Assembly: GCF_022045235.1 (NCBI RefSeq)
Contig: NW_027266319.1
Coordinates: forward strand, 49,662,001-49,726,000
Reading direction: 5' to 3'
DNA length: 64,000 nt
Source: Haliotis cracherodii
Lineage: Eukaryota
The notes beneath the pieces were generated by a model. The model was given only the letters and a program-made list of their open reading frames with translations. It was not told the origin of the DNA and did no database searches. The position numbers were made by a program, and so were the translations under genes. Positions 23,462-37,945 of this stretch are shown here, piece by piece (the stretch's first letter is position 1; every line of letters begins with the position of its first letter).

Positions 23462-23548
23462 CTTTCTTGGCGTAGTCTTGTCGTTCTTGTCAAACACTGA
23501 GATCCCCTTTGGGCTGATACCCAACCACCATGGAATGTCTTTCTTGTC
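23462..23548 (-). CDS. FRMD4A: FRMD4 exon, FERM F3 lobe: DKKDIPWWLGISPKGISVFDKNDKTTPRK
   Basis: tttccag|...|gtaagg; 87 nt, phase 0->0; IPWWLG motif. Confidence 0.96.
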
Positions 23549-24479
23549 CTGGAAACAAACAGTACATAATAACAACAACCACAGCAACAACAATCATCAT
23601 CATCAATAATTCCCCAAATCCACACCCTGAAGCATGCTCAAAGAGCTATATTATTAATCCAGTCAAATTGGATCAGTGTCCTGTCGATTTTCATTCTTTA
23701 CGTAAATAATTTTAAAAAAATTATTAGGAATTGAATTCATGCATATAAGGTCAGAAGAAAAAAAAGTTTATACAAATCACTTTACATGCACCAGTTTATT
23801 TACATAATCCCGACAGCATTGTTGACGGTATTCAAATCTTACTGTGATATAAGGTCGGAATTATGTCACAATAGAAACAATGTGATATCTAAAGATTGTT
23901 GACATCAATCGACAGTCATGGTTTTCTAAGATGGCAGACGTGATCAGTGCATTTTTCAAAACGGGAGCACAAACATTAAAAAAACAAGGGGTAATAAAGA
24001 AATTATAACACTTGCATCTGTGTCTTATTGAACTTGCTCTTGCTCGTTAATACAGGAATTCTTACATTCATTTCTTAAAACCAGTATGACACACATACTT
24101 GTATACTAACCTCTAATGATTACATTTTCAACAAACTCACTTGTTCTGACATCAACAGCTAGTGTGAGTACAATCTCCAGCAGAGAGTGACTACTCAACA
24201 TTCTGCCAAGATGAAGACTTACTATGCCTGCTGTTGTCAAGTTCAATACACAGAACATGCACTCACCAAATGCTTCATACAAAAGAAACATTGATCCAAG
24301 ATAAAATTCCTTACTCCAATTGCAAGGGCAGATATTGTTGCACAAAAATGCAGATTTTGTTTTTGTTGATAAACAAGCAGCTTACAAAAGAACAATTATT
24401 TGTTCCATATACATTGTTCATGTTGATTTATTGTGGAACAAAAACCTTTAAATGAATCTTTGTTTCCATGCATACTTAC

Positions 24480-24537
24480 TTTGACTTCGTAGTAGTGTAT
24501 ACCGTATGTTGGAAGTCGTTCAACTATATTCATATAA
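24480..24537 (-). CDS. FRMD4A: FRMD4 exon: YMNIVERLPTYGIHYYEVK
   Basis: tttcag|...|gtaagt; 58 nt, phase 2->0; FERM signature LPTYG(V/I)HYY. Confidence 0.96.
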
Positions 24538-24611
24538 CTGAAAGAGAAAGACATTTTCTTTAGTGAAATAAATATAAAAATGACTAACGCTCCTACTTAA
24601 ACAAACAGACA

Positions 24612-24965
24612 GTGCAAACTGAAACTGTCACCAAACCACCCAAATAATTACCACTAACATGATGCAAACTGAAACTATCACCAAACCACCCAAATAATTA
24701 CCACTAACATGATGCAAACTGAAACTATCACCAAACCGCCCAAATAATTACCACTAACATGATGCAAACTGAAACTATCACCAAACCGCCCAAATAATTA
24801 CCACTAACATGATGCAAACTGAAACTATCACCAAACCGCCCAAATAATTACCACTAACATGATGCAAACTGAAACTGTCACCAAACCGCCCAAATAATTA
24901 CCACTAACATGATGCAAACTGAAGCTATCACCAAACCGCCCAAATAATTACCACTAACATGATGC
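24612..24965. repeat. 50-bp minisatellite x7
   Basis: GATGCAAACTGAAACTATCACCAAACCGCCCAAATAATTACCACTAACAT period 50. Confidence 0.93.
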
Positions 24966-25143
24966 TACCTCATAGACTGCAGCCAGCTACACAAGTGAAT
25001 GCTTGTGAAGATTGCTTGTGGTTGTAGTTAGCAATTTTGCCGCTTCATAATGTCTGCTTGCGTCTGGTCATAACAAAACCAGTGGTCAACCATCCCAGTT
25101 CATTCCACACTGAGACCTACATCTGCCACACCACAGAGCTGAC

Positions 25144-25770
25144 CAGAGCTCCTGATAACTTTTAGAGCAACTGAGTTTTTACTCAAAAGTTTCTATTTTA
25201 ATTGGGTATTTCATTTTTCATTGGGTAAACCAATATTTTTTCACTCATCCGTTCATCACTACACTGGGTTTTTCTCCAAATGTGTAATCATTTTGAGATT
25301 TAAAAAATATATGAAATAATGTTTTACATGTATATGATGGTTCTAAATATAGGCTTGACTCGAAAGGTAAATTAGCTCGTACTTGTGTTTCGGAAATTAG
25401 CTCCTTTGAACGCATGCTGAAAAAGCTTCATTGGGTATTTATGCATGCTGTTTTCAAACAACTGAGTTTTTCATTTAATGCATGCATTTCTGTACGCAAG
25501 TTAATTGAAAGTAATTGGGTTTTGAATAGTTTGTTTTTTGTTGTTGTTTTTTTTGGGGGGGAAATTTTACGCAAATACGCAGCTAATCTGTGGCGATGGA
25601 TGACCTTTGTTTTCAGCATTAGAATTGGCACTAGTCCTCTAGTCCTTGCCAAAATGCCCAATAAGGTATCATAAGGATTAGTAGAAATTTACTTTTTTTA
25701 AGGGTTTTGCTATATGTTATCTATTAGTCTATTAGGGACTAATGAACTAAAAATGATAGTTTCTACCGCT
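25144..25770. mobile_element. Interspersed DNA-transposon-like repeat; homologous pieces at ~14189-14570, ~19068-19218 and, inverted, ~38796-39217
   Basis: Shared cagagctcc...gagcaactgagtttttactc... start and ttagaattggcactagtcct...ggttttgctatatgttatc end. Confidence 0.72.
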
Positions 25771-26918
25771 AGATTGTGGTCAACAATCAGAGTATAATCC
25801 AATTTCAGAAGTCACTGTGACCAACCAGTCCCTGGCCAGGTCAGCTTTAGATTATCTGCCCAACATCCAAGAACACAACTTCCCCTTAACCACAGGTTTA
25901 TTAACCCAACTTTATACAATATACATATTCCAACCACTCTACAAGCTGTTATCACACTGTTCGCTCCAAAACAAGCCCGGAAGTCCACATTGATTCCGGT
26001 TTATTTTCATTTTCTGCTATTCACAGCCAGTGCTACTGAAACTGAAGTGATCATGTCGCTCGAGACGTATTAGCTTTCAGGCTGTGACAATGATCCTCTA
26101 ATTCTGTGCCATTATCCCTTGTCTAAGCTAGACCTACATCGATCAAGGTGATGAGCCGCTTTAATTACACAGCCTCACACCTCCAGCGGTCAGGAATAGC
26201 CCTTCTCGCATCCCGCCAGATGCAGCCACAGTGGTTCTCACACGAGATAGATCTCAGAGGTCCAGCACGATCACTCTCATCACTGCTTCAAGCACAATGG
26301 CCACAGGGAGAACGCAGGAACTTTCGTTTAAAATACAGCATGGAAGTCCTTGAATACATGACACTTTTTATGGATAGCAACTTCTTTTGTTCTTTGTTAC
26401 GTTTCAGAGCTTCATGCTCCTTCATCAGGTGAATGACATAAGCCTCATGTTAAAATCCAAAGGTTTAGGGGTCAAACACTCAGGCAAACCTAAAGGGCCC
26501 CAGGTACGCACAGGCACACAGGCACACAGGCGAACACGCACGCACCCTCACGCACGCACATCCTCACACACATTTTATCTCCTGTTACAATCAATGGGGA
26601 CCATTCTGAAGTGATTTGTAATATCATAATTGAATATGTCTGAAGAACTTTTCACACAGTTTCAACTGGAAGATCAATACTTGTGTGTCTCATGGTGCAA
26701 TAGTGCAGGGTTTGTACTTCATGTGTTTCTCGGTTATCCTATGTTAAGAGTGAGTGAGTGAGTGAGTGAACGTCATTTATGCTGCAGTCAGCAGTATTCA
26801 GGGATGCAACATTACTTGAAAAATTAACTAACACACAAGGTCCAAAGTTAAAAATTAAATTTTGAGTTTCAATAGTTCATATAAATGATCTACTATAGAG
26901 CTGCCACCTACCCAATAT

Positions 26919-27133
26919 CAGTTTTAGAAATTAAAAGAAGGCAGGCTGCCATCAGGACCCACTGACCTAAGAAGCTGCAGGCCCTCATTAAAAAAACTAC
27001 AGCTCACTCTTACAAATAAATTGACACGCAAAGTTAGTGCAGGCCATAAGGACTCATACAAATTTGAAACTAAGGGCCCGACACGAGATCTACCTGTCAC
27101 AGGCTTATGGGCAGGCGCATATTTCGAACACTG
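26919..27133. mobile_element. hAT-like MITE, same family as 27876-28111
   Basis: Shared ggctgccatcagg...gggcaggcgc...tttcgaacactg. Confidence 0.75.
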
Positions 27134-27875
27134 CCTAATGGTAAGTGTGGTTGACCATAAGGTTACTATCCCTTCCTCAATTTTATTAGCACTATAAAAC
27201 TTGCAAATCCAGAACAAGTACACACTGCCACACACACATGTATGCATGTTGATATGTAAGTACAAATAATCTTAAACCCCATTTTAACTTACTCACCACC
27301 TGAATTTCAATAGTCTCGGAGAAAAGACCTATGTTATGTTCAAACACTGCTGACATATTCTTTCATTACAAAAACAAACAGCATGAACCAGCATTTATGA
27401 CCAAGCAGCATCATCACAAAGTATCAAGGAAGTAGCCTTGCCCAAGGTCTGTCATCTTCATTAGTTTCCGAGTTCACAGGCAGCCCTCTTGAGACAGAGC
27501 AAGTACTTCTATCTAGTACATCCTTCCTGTAACCCAGGACATCAAACAGGAGCCTATAAGCTTCCCTTCTACTTGACTGGGTCGTCTCAAGTCTTATGCT
27601 ATAGACCGGTGATCCTTGGGAATTAATCCTGTTCGGTACAATGCCACACGGTTCATTTTGGTTGTCCGAAGTAGTTCTCTTACATTATCAACAACATATA
27701 TACTACTTGGATCAAAACTTATTGCCTATCTTGACATACTAATTTTTGCATGTCTGGCGTGTTATTTAAATTGTTGAAAAAACAACAACATAGATCTCTT
27801 CTCATATCCTTTTAGAACTATTTAGCCTGTTCAAGACAAATAAATCTCCTTTCTCTTTAAAGCATCAACCAGAAG

Positions 27876-28111
27876 CAGTGTTTGAAACAAAAAATAATTG
27901 CCGGCTGCCATCAGGTCCCACAGACTTTAGAAGCTGCAAGCCCTGACTAAACTCTTCAGGCCCTCATTTACAGTAATGCAGTTTATTGTGACAAATACAT
28001 TGACATGCAAATTTACTGCAGCCCATGAGGACCTATACAAATTTGAAACTAGGGGCCAACACTAGATCCTCCTGCATCAGCCTTACGGGCAGGCGCTTAT
28101 TTCCTACACTG
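27876..28111. mobile_element. hAT-like MITE
   Basis: TIR CAGTGT...ACACTG, 8-bp TSD accagaag/accagtag; second copy at 26919-27133. Confidence 0.8.
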
Positions 28112-28209
28112 ACCAGTAGTGGACACAGGCTGTGACAAGTATTAGACCTGGTGACCACCCAAATTGACTTTGAGAGTTTCGTTTTTACAGATATTCTATA
28201 AATAAAAGC

Positions 28210-28368
28210 CATTATGGTTTTACGCCGCTTTTAGCAATATTCCAGCAATATCACGGTGGGGGGACACCAGAAATGGGCTTTACACATTGTACCCATGTGG
28301 GGAATCGAACCCGGGTCTTTGGCTTGACCAGCAAACACTTAAATGACAAGGCTACCCAACCACCCCTC
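28210..28368 (-). mobile_element. Family B SINE
   Basis: B box GGTTCGATTCC; TSD taaataaaagc. Confidence 0.88.
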
Positions 28369-28476
28369 TAAATAAAAGCGCTTTATTGACTAGGAAACAT
28401 GTTTACATGGATTGATTTCTAGCATTAAATGATTCATTACACAGTCCAAATTTCAAAAGTTGAACAAGCTACTTAC

Positions 28477-28542
28477 TTGACTATGGCAAGACCTCTGGAT
28501 GTCCCTTGTAGCTTCTGATAATAGCATAATATACGGTCCTCA
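28477..28542 (-). CDS. FRMD4A: FRMD4 exon: EDRILCYYQKLQGTSRGLAIVN
   Basis: ttgcag|...|gtaagt; 66 nt, phase 2->2; matches CEDRVIEHYKKLNGQTRGQAIVN. Confidence 0.95.
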
Positions 28543-31500
28543 CTGCAACATAAAAAGCTCAGTCAGATATGATCATGTGACATTTACCACACAAAATCCT
28601 CCTGACTATAAATATCACACATTCATAAACATTCATGGTATGCAGGAGAAGGATGTCAGAGTCATCAAAAACCATTAAATCGCCATCACATCAACTTGAT
28701 AATTTGAAAACTTGGCTATTAAAGCTGAAAATTCAAATTCATGTTATCAAGCTTGTCCGTCCATCATAAAACATTTACAAACTTTCTTTAGACTAATAGA
28801 TGATGGATGGCAGACAGTACACTGTCATTGCATGAACTGAATTAGTCGATGACCAGTTGGGCTAAAAACGAACAACAAACCAGTTTGCCAATTTTGCCAT
28901 TAGTCTGGCACATTAGTTAAGTTAACTTCTGATCTCGTAAGATGAAATTATACCAGTTCATGAACTAAGACAGAAATATACTGAAAATAAAGCCAAAATA
29001 CATGTTCAGGGCTGGTAAACTCAAAAGAGTGTGAGACAGACAGCATCCTCATCTGACTGACAATCCTGAACTCCAAAATCTAACAATCTGTCATAACTGA
29101 ACTAAAATATAGATGAGTAAAACCTACATCCAAAGGATGAGGTGTAGGATCCACTAACTGCCAAGGCAATTATGGGAGGCGGCGGCAGCAGCAGCAGTTA
29201 GGCCCATCAGCATCTTTCTCTTCCTTCCCCTTGACACCCCCCACCAACACACACAGTGACCTACTTGGCAGTGATTCATTAAGGCAGTGGCAGCAATTGC
29301 TTCACATGTACATGTGACTGGGAATAGGTGGGAGGTGCTCTCTCTGAGTCATTGTCACAGGCACGGGACATACCTGTGGCCGATCTACAGAAGCACCTCA
29401 CACACCACTAAATCTGACTGTTAGATCTTAAACAGCTCTCACTTGTTCAGGCCTCAAAGTTTAAACTGTTACCAAGTAATTTTTTCCAGGTAGCCAGTGG
29501 TAAAATCAGGAAGTCAAGCCAATATTGTAGGTATAGCCAAAAATCTTTATCAAATAACTATTATAATATGTACAAGTTACATATCATGTACCTCAAAGGG
29601 AAAAATAATGCAAAAAAAATACTATGATAAAATATCTCACTGACACAATTTCAACAAAACCATTTCAATGTCAAATTGAGAACTTTGCTGAATGACAGAA
29701 CCTATTGTCTGCTAATTAGACCCAACCCATAGTATAAATTTAGTTGCAGATGATCAAATATCTAAACATTAACTATAGAATAGAATAAGTGAACACTGGA
29801 ATTAACAGGTGACTAGTAGAAGGAGAGGACTCATGAAAAGTTCACTCCTACCAAATATATACTGAACAAAGGCTTGGGTGGTCTGAGTGAGTGAGTGAGT
29901 TGGGTTTTATACCCTCCTTAGAAATATTCCGGTGGTATCACCTTTGGGGATTCCCCTTCTGTTCCCATGTGGAGATTCAGACCACGAGACTTACCAGCTG
30001 CCCCATTCTGACAACATTAATGATGATAAACCAAACTAGGTCCTTCACCACCTCTCATACCTTCTCTCCCAGATCCTAGACAATAAAATTGAATAATGAG
30101 TCTAACTCAAGTCTGAAATGATTTGGCATGTCTAGTTTGCCTTAGCTGTTCTGGGCATTTGGATTTTATTTTTTTATTTTGCAGATATATATTTTTAAAT
30201 AAAATAACTTTTTTTCTGAGACAAAATGTCAGTCTACACCCCTCACCACATTCAAATTTTCCCCACAGCCTGCCTCCCTCCAATCCCCATATAAATTTCC
30301 CTTGGGATAATAAAATCTATTTTATCCACCACCCCTCCCCACATTCAGTTTGCCCACATCCTCCCTCCCTCCCTCCCTCCCTCCACCACACACAACCCCA
30401 CAGCTCTACCCAGCACCCACTGCCCTGGAACCCAGGCAGAGTTCCTTGTACAACCAGGATCTCCAACACATGGAGCATGTCAGTGCTAATACAGGGAAGC
30501 CTCCTGACCAGAACAAATCAAGCTGAAACCCATCAGACCTGAGCCGGAGGATTACATGATGCTTGGATGCTGAGGGATACCCTTTCCTCCTTCTAGAATA
30601 TCGCCTCATCAAGTGCTTCTCTCAGAAGAGATTTACTACAAAAAGTGAACACGCCCTGAACAATATTTGTTAAATGACAGACTGAAAAGTTGATATTACA
30701 GCCGTTTAAGATGTCTTTTGTCTCTTCAAACCAAAAGATAGCACTTTTTGAAAGAAGGCTACTTACAGTTCTCAATTCCTAAACCAGGAACTGTTTCTTG
30801 CAGCTAAAATGCCAGTGTTTTGTCGACTTAAATTTCCTTAACATTTGACAACCAACACATGGTACAGATGAAACGTGACTGTGCGGATGGGTGCACATGA
30901 AGCCTCATATATTTGTGGTTCCCACCCAGCTATCACAGCAAGACTATAACAGATTAGACTAGCATTTAATTACACAATACCCTTCTCGACTATAAATTAA
31001 AATAAAAAAATTCCCTGTGCTGATTTCATAGTGGAATAGAGCTAGCTAGAGCTGGATAGACTTGCTTTTGTATAGATTTCTAGATTGTTTTTCTTTTTTA
31101 TAAAATATATATATTCCACAGTCATGGTGCCGGATTAATAACAGATGCAAAACCCTACTCACAAATGAAAAATGGCTACAACCTCCAACAATGGTTTATC
31201 ATATAAGACAAGGCCGCCCTTGCTGTCACCAACCTCCAACCTAGGGCACCATTTATTATGTATGAGGCCAGAATGGTTGTAACACAAACCTATTTAATTC
31301 ACAACCAACACAAGGAGACTGTTGACCTCACCTGACCCCGATCTCATTTTCTACCCTCTGACCCAGAAATGACCCCAAACATTGATGAGTGACCCAGTTC
31401 CACATTTTCATGAAAGGTACATGACATCTGAACACTTACACCATTTTTCATATCCTAAACTTCACGTCTCTATCTCAATCAGAAAATAACCATAAAATGT

Positions 31501-33162
31501 TGCCTTGATAAAGATACAAATTGTACTGACAAAGTTTAACATATTCAGTTACCCTTGGCGTTTCAATTCCATTTCTGTCCCAATCCCTCACCCAGTATCT
31601 TTCTTATCTGTTTCTGTCAGTATGTGGTGAGATGAAGTCATTAAAACAGAACCCAACAGTTGTTCCGAAAGCAATGCATGCAATCTACTCCAGACACTGA
31701 TGACCCAAATATTTTCCAATGCATTAAAGAATTACTGCATTTCAAACATCTACAATTTCAAAGCTGAAAATTTGCGATAGAAATTAATCATGAAAATATC
31801 CCACAAGTGATAACATGATAGAAAAACTCTAAAACATGTGACATTCTACCCTTGGAATAACTTTAACATAAGGGCAACAGACCCATGCTGATCCCTATCC
31901 AGGAAAACCATGGCAACAAAAGAAGCATCATTCAAGATGAAGTCTTTTGTCAAATAAATTTGCTGACAAATCATTTGGAAAAGGAAAAAGAACGCACATG
32001 TAACATTATCAAGACAAAGCCAGTGTTTTATGATCTTGTCTGGAGGACATGAATTTCAAAGTGACATTTTACAGCTCACAGCAATGTCACTGGTTGCTGG
32101 AACTGCAATAAATCATGATCCTGCAACTTTTGGACGACAAAAACAGTCCCTGACAGGACGTACAGAACCAGGTTCAGTTCCCTTGAAGAGTTCATCAAGA
32201 CAGTTTCAGCAGTGCAAATCTGTATATCAAATGTTTTGGAATGCTCAAGTAGGCGTAAATTCTCAAAGAAACATGCAAAGGTCAAACACCAAATCTTGCT
32301 GACAAAATGCCACTAAATTCAGGGGAAATTTGCAAGGCGAAAAAGATCCTAAACCGATACCGCCCCAAGGCCATTAACCTGTACAACCTAATTGACATTC
32401 TTCCACTTCAATTGCATGCAAGCAACAATTCGAAACCAATAAAATAGTCAGAGAGTTGTTCAAGAACAGGTTGAAACAACACAGACTAGGAACCCACAAC
32501 ACTAAATTCTGTGTCAATCTGGATGGAAATAGAGCACAAACAACATCTCGCCCACAAAGCTGGAGTGTTACTTAATCCAGTATCACTTCTTTCATCAGGG
32601 TTATTTTGAGCCAGGTATATAGATCTGATTCCCAGAGCTGTAATACAGGCACTTGCTGGGGCAGATCCTAGAAGCAGGCTTGATGATGATACCTGATGGA
32701 GACAACCACTTGCTGTGTGTTCCCCACAATCATAGCATTAGTCTATTACCCTTCAATCAACCTCTAGAACACTGATACCAGTTTGTTCTCAGTTAACCCT
32801 GGGTGACTGTCATCTCAATATATCCAGGCTGGGTTTGCACACATTCTCATTACCTTTACAGATTGTTACTATCACCGTACATCTTTCAGTCGAATCTAAA
32901 TGTTCCTCTTAAGTGGCACTATGTGTTCTTCCATATGGAACATAATCACACTCTATTATCGTAAATTTTCAGCAGATATCCCACACACAAAAAAAGAGTC
33001 AGAAAAACTCTGACTGCTTGGCTGTCAGTATGACATTTATTTCTCACTACTCGCATTTCATAAGCATTGTTTAGCACGAAACTTTCAATTATACTCAAAA
33101 TCAATGTCGTTCCTGGCTGAATTTTATGAGTAATGTTTATACTCCAAACTTTCATTTTGTGA

Positions 33163-33332
33163 CTGAGTGAGTGAGTGAATATGGTTTTACGCTGCTTTTA
33201 GCAATATTCCAGCAATATCACGGCGGGGGACACCAGAAATGGGCTTCGCACATTGTACCCATGTCGGGAATCGAACCCGGGTCTTCGGCGTGATGAGCGA
33301 ACGCTTTAACCACTAGGCTACCCGACCGCCCC
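33163..33332 (-). mobile_element. Family B short tRNA-derived SINE (~170 bp)
   Basis: A box TAGCCTAGTGG, B box GGTTCGATTCC, (CACT)n tail, perfect TSD tcattttgtga. Confidence 0.9.
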
Positions 33333-34144
33333 TCATTTTGTGAAGGTAGTTGGATGCTCAAAGAGTATGATGATCATACCTCATGCAACAGGTGATGAAG
33401 GACAGGACAATCGTGTTACCAAACTCCTTGCTGGATGCGATCTTGAATAATGCATTATCCACTAACACCTTCTCACTGAAACAATATTGACCCACAAAAC
33501 AACATTCACTACTCACCCTTCTTGATGAATACATCCAGTATAACTCCAATCATATCCTTCTTTCCAATCTCACATGACACCTTCTCACGGAACACAATGA
33601 TGAAGAGTCCAAACCAAAACCAAGCTCTTACTTATTCTCCAATTTCCTGCAAACATCCTCTCAGTACCTGCCCAATCAATCTACAGTTGCAGCCAGTCGG
33701 AGCTATCAGTGTACAACGCCTTCGCTGATTGCAAAACACTGCTGCAATTCTTTCCCTGGCTGTTACCAAACACTAGTGCCAAACTCTCCGCCCAAAGATT
33801 AGTATTTGTTCACTGAAGAGCTCTTGTTTACCTTCCAGTCTGGCAGATTGTATCATCTCATAACAAACATACAGCTTACAAGTAACAATAGAGGATGCTA
33901 TCAGTGTATGTCATTTAGGGGCCGGTGGAAGATGTAAAATGCATGTATTACACTTGAGATGACTAGATAACACCAAGAGCATTCTAGATTAGAAGAGTCA
34001 ATCAGAAAAACAAAAGCTTTCAACATGACATAAGTTACATGTGTTATCTGAAAAGGGAACATTAGAATTACTCTATCAATCAAATCCCATTACACTGAGA
34101 AAAGGAAAGAGAACTACTTATGTTTCAAATGGACTTAATTGCTG

Positions 34145-34685
34145 TATGGGTGAGGGGTGAGTTTTGGAGTTTGGGTGATGGTGAGGGTGAGAGTGTTGGG
34201 TCAGAAGGTGGGGGTGAAAATCTTGGTAAGGGTGAGGGTGAGGGCGAGAGTCTTGGGTGAGGGTCTTGGGTGAGGGTGAGGGTGAGGGTGAGGGCCTTGG
34301 GTGAGGGTCTTGGCAGAGGGTGAGGGTGAGGGTCTTTGGTGAGGGTGAGGGTGAGGGTGAGGCCGAGAGTCTTGGGTGAGGGTCTTGGGTGAGGGTGAGG
34401 GCCCTGGGTGAGGGTGAGGGCCTTGGGTGAGGGTGAGGGTGAGGGCCTTGGCAGAGGGTGAGGCCTTGGATGAGGGTCTTGGGTGAGGTGAGGGTGAGGG
34501 CGAGAGTCTTGGGTGAGGGCCCTGGGTGAGGGTAAGGGCCTTGGGTGATGGTCTTGGGTGAGGGCCTTGGGTGAGGGTGAGGGCCTTGGCAGAGGGTGAG
34601 GCCTTGGGTGAGGGTGAGGGTGTTGGGTAAGGGTGTTGGGAGTTTAGTGAGGGTGAGTGTTGGTGATGGTGAGGGGTGGTGAAGG
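34145..34685. repeat. G-rich low-complexity (GGTGAG)n-based repeat
   Basis: Degenerate GGTGAG/CTTGG tandem units; potential G-quadruplex former. Confidence 0.9.
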
Positions 34686-35693
34686 TGAATGTTGATGAGG
34701 ACGTGGGTACATGTGAAATGTCTGCTGTAAACTGTGATCCTAAACCTACCGCTCAGCTTTAAGATCTTGACGCCCATTGAATATATTAAATAGTTAATCT
34801 CATAGCAAGGAAACAGTAAGACTCCCAGGACTCCAAGAAATTCATCCATCCATTCAAACAGCTCCTACTTTCTAACACTGTCGTATGGATGAACATTCCG
34901 AAGAAAATGTCATGTTCAATCAAGGTAAAAATTCTAAGAAACTCCGGATTTCAACTTATCTATCAACATCATGTCTTACAAGTTCATGAGCTATAGCAAT
35001 GATCACGCCTACCGTTCTCACACTTCTAACTGGTCCATTCACTGGACTTACTTAGCTCCAAGTGGTCACGACACCACCCTACTTCACCACAAATACCTCA
35101 GCAATGAGTAACTACTGCACGACTCACATTATTACAAACCTCAAGTCAAAATACATGTAAATTGGTTATTTGAAATCCCTTGATAATTTTTTAAGATGGA
35201 GCTCGGCTGTGAAATGAATCAGAATTTATTTGTCTAGTATCCATTAGCCCTATTAATGTTGTTTGTTATGTCAACATGTATGTCAGTGAGCAACGCATGC
35301 CGTAATGTGCAGGGAATGAGAGACGAGAGACGAGTGCGATGTTTCCAGATGATGGACAGACTAAAACAACTTCATTTTGTATCAGGTTGAGTGATCAGCA
35401 TGCAAGTCAAGATGGAAACTTGAGTGAAGTTAAATCTTTGTCGGTCTGGTAAGCACACCAATAATAAACCATTTAATAACACTAAAAATGACTGAAAATG
35501 AGGTCAAGAGACATGTTTTTGGCACAGGCAGCAAATGCTGTATAAGTGTTGTCAGTGAAGACAAACAGAGAGACATTGAGTGATTGAATGAATCTAGAAT
35601 ATCACAGTGACCTGTACATAAATGTGTCCAAATAGGCCAACCAGTGATTGATGGCATAAGCATAACAATGACAAAATTCCTAACTAACATTAT

Positions 35694-35865
35694 TAGTGAG
35701 TGAGTAAGTGAGTGAGTATGGTTTTACGCCGCTTTTGCAATATTCCAGCAATATCACAGCAGGGGACACCAGAAATGGGCTTCACACATGCCAATGCCGG
35801 AAATCGAACCCGGGTCTTCGACGTGACGAGCCAACGCTTTAACCACTAGGCTATCCGACCGCCCC
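35694..35865 (-). mobile_element. Family B SINE
   Basis: A/B boxes; TSD actaacattat/actaccattat. Confidence 0.88.
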
Positions 35866-36802
35866 ACTACCATTATCAAATCATGGGTGTGGAGTAATGT
35901 TCATCGTGCGTATAGATTTCAAAAGCAGCCATCCAGAAACCTTTCTAGATGAACCAGGCCTCAGTGTAACCAGTTCTGAACACATAAGAAAACACCTTGT
36001 CATAACAGCTTCCTGTGGTTGCAGTTCACAAAGACACCACAGAAAAAGACGTGGTTAAAAGTCGACGAAAGTGGATCGATTATTGAAAGAGCATACAGAG
36101 ACATGGATCCCGATCCATGAGGCCTTCGTTGGCTGGCAAGAACCTCGCTCCTGGATCAGACGGAGGGAGCATTTCCAGCTCATAAAAACTAATGAAATCT
36201 CTTCCAGGCAGGTCAATGTTCAATCAGGGATAAGTAGGATCACCATTAAGTTTTAAAACCTGAAACACCTCTGCAGTTCTGGGACTACGGCTGGAGTACT
36301 TTCTGCCTGCAAACGTGGTGGGCCTGGCTTTGGGGTGGCCACATCACACACCTCATCGCAGAATCAATACCAAGCTTTCCTGAGACTGAGCAAGATGTGC
36401 TGAGTCGCCAGTAATTTCCCTATACATCGGACACTCAGGTCTCTGTCTGCTACTTGTAGTTCACTTAGATTTGTTGCCAACAAATGTGACGCCACTTCTC
36501 TTGGCTTAGTTTTAGTTGCTGATTCTGAGATGACTGAAACGCTACTGCTTCAGGCCATGAGTCCATTCAGAGAGTATGACAAGAGCTGACCATAGACCAT
36601 CATCGTTGCACTCTTCAGAACAGAAATCAGAATGGGAGGCCACAATGTGGGGACTGGTTTTATTTGTTTGCTTGTTTATTGCTGCACTCAGCAATACTTC
36701 TGCTGCATGACTTCAACCTGTACATAACCAAACCTGGATCAGACATACCAGTGGTTGACATTAAGAACAATGCCAAAAGCAGTTGTTGTACAATGATGTT
36801 TT

Positions 36803-37070
36803 TTGTTTGTTTGTTTGTTTGTTTGTTGTGTAATGCCTCACTTAGCAATATTCCAGCTATATGACGGCGTTCTGAAAATAATCGAGTCTGGAACAGACAA
36901 TCCAGTGATTGACATCATGAGCATCTATCCACGCAATTGGGATACAATGACTTCCATCAACCAAGTTAGCGAACCTGACCATCCGATCCTCTTAGTCGCC
37001 TTTTACGACATGCCTAGTCACCTTTTACTGCTAGCAACGGTTGCTGAAGACCTATTCTACCTTCACAGGT
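36803..37070 (-). mobile_element. Family A retroelement (a degenerate copy precedes it at ~36660-36780)
   Basis: Homology to the other copies. Confidence 0.8.
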
Positions 37071-37204
37071 GTACAATGACATGCAATCACCCAACTCTGA
37101 GCAAGGCCCAAGGCCACTTATATATGACGACACCCAGTCATCCAGGACATTGAGTCTGATCACCTAATCTAATTAAGTCGTGCTGGGGACATGGGACAAA
37201 CACA

Positions 37205-37945
37205 TGACCATTCAACAGCTTCACAACAACCATTCAACAGCTTTACAACAACCATTCAACAGCTTTACAACAACCTTTCAACAGCTTAACAACGACCATT
37301 CAACAGCTTCACAACCATTCAACAGCTTAACAACGACCATTCAACAGCTTCACAACAACCATTCAACAACTTTACAACAACCATTCAACAACTTTACAAC
37401 AACCTTTCAACAGCTTAACAACGACCATTCAACAGCTTAACAACGACCATTCAACAGCTTTACAACAACCTTTCAACAGCTTTACAACAACCTTTCAACA
37501 GCTTAACAACGACCATTCAACAGCTTCACAACCATTCAACAGCTTAACAACGACCATTCAACAGCTTCACAACGACCATTCAACAGCTTCACAACAACCA
37601 TTCAACAACTTTACAACCATTCAACAGCTTTACAACAACCATTCAACAGCTTCATAGAACCATTCAACAGCTTCCCAACAAACCTTCAACATCTTCACAA
37701 CAAACATTCAACAGCTTCACAATAAACATTCAACAGCTTCTCAACAACTTCAATACAACCATTCAACAGCTTCACAACAACCATTCAACAGCTTCACAAC
37801 AAACATTCAACAGCTTCACAAAAACATTCAACAGCTTCTCAACAACTTCAATACAACCATTCGACAGCTTCACAACAACCATTCAACAGCTTCATAACAA
37901 CCATTTAACAACTTCAATACAACCATTCAACAGCTTCAATACAAC
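37205..37945. repeat. ~22-bp minisatellite (CAACCATTCAACAGCTTCACAA)n
   Basis: Seen directly. Confidence 0.92.

Noticed and set aside
27297-27299. Second 3-nt microexon-like site CAG|GTG|GTGAGT
   Set aside because: Poor polypyrimidine tract (GACTATTGAAATTCAG); likely chance.
33260-33332. tRNA gene-like sequences (also ~28300, ~35810, ~54570)
   Set aside because: They are SINE heads: attached to SINE bodies and tails, flanked by TSDs, without an intact cloverleaf or Pol III terminator.
34118-34849. 243-aa Pro/Thr/His-rich ORF on the gene strand
   Set aside because: Translation of the (GGTGAG)n low-complexity repeat; the flanking FRMD4 exons join perfectly without it.
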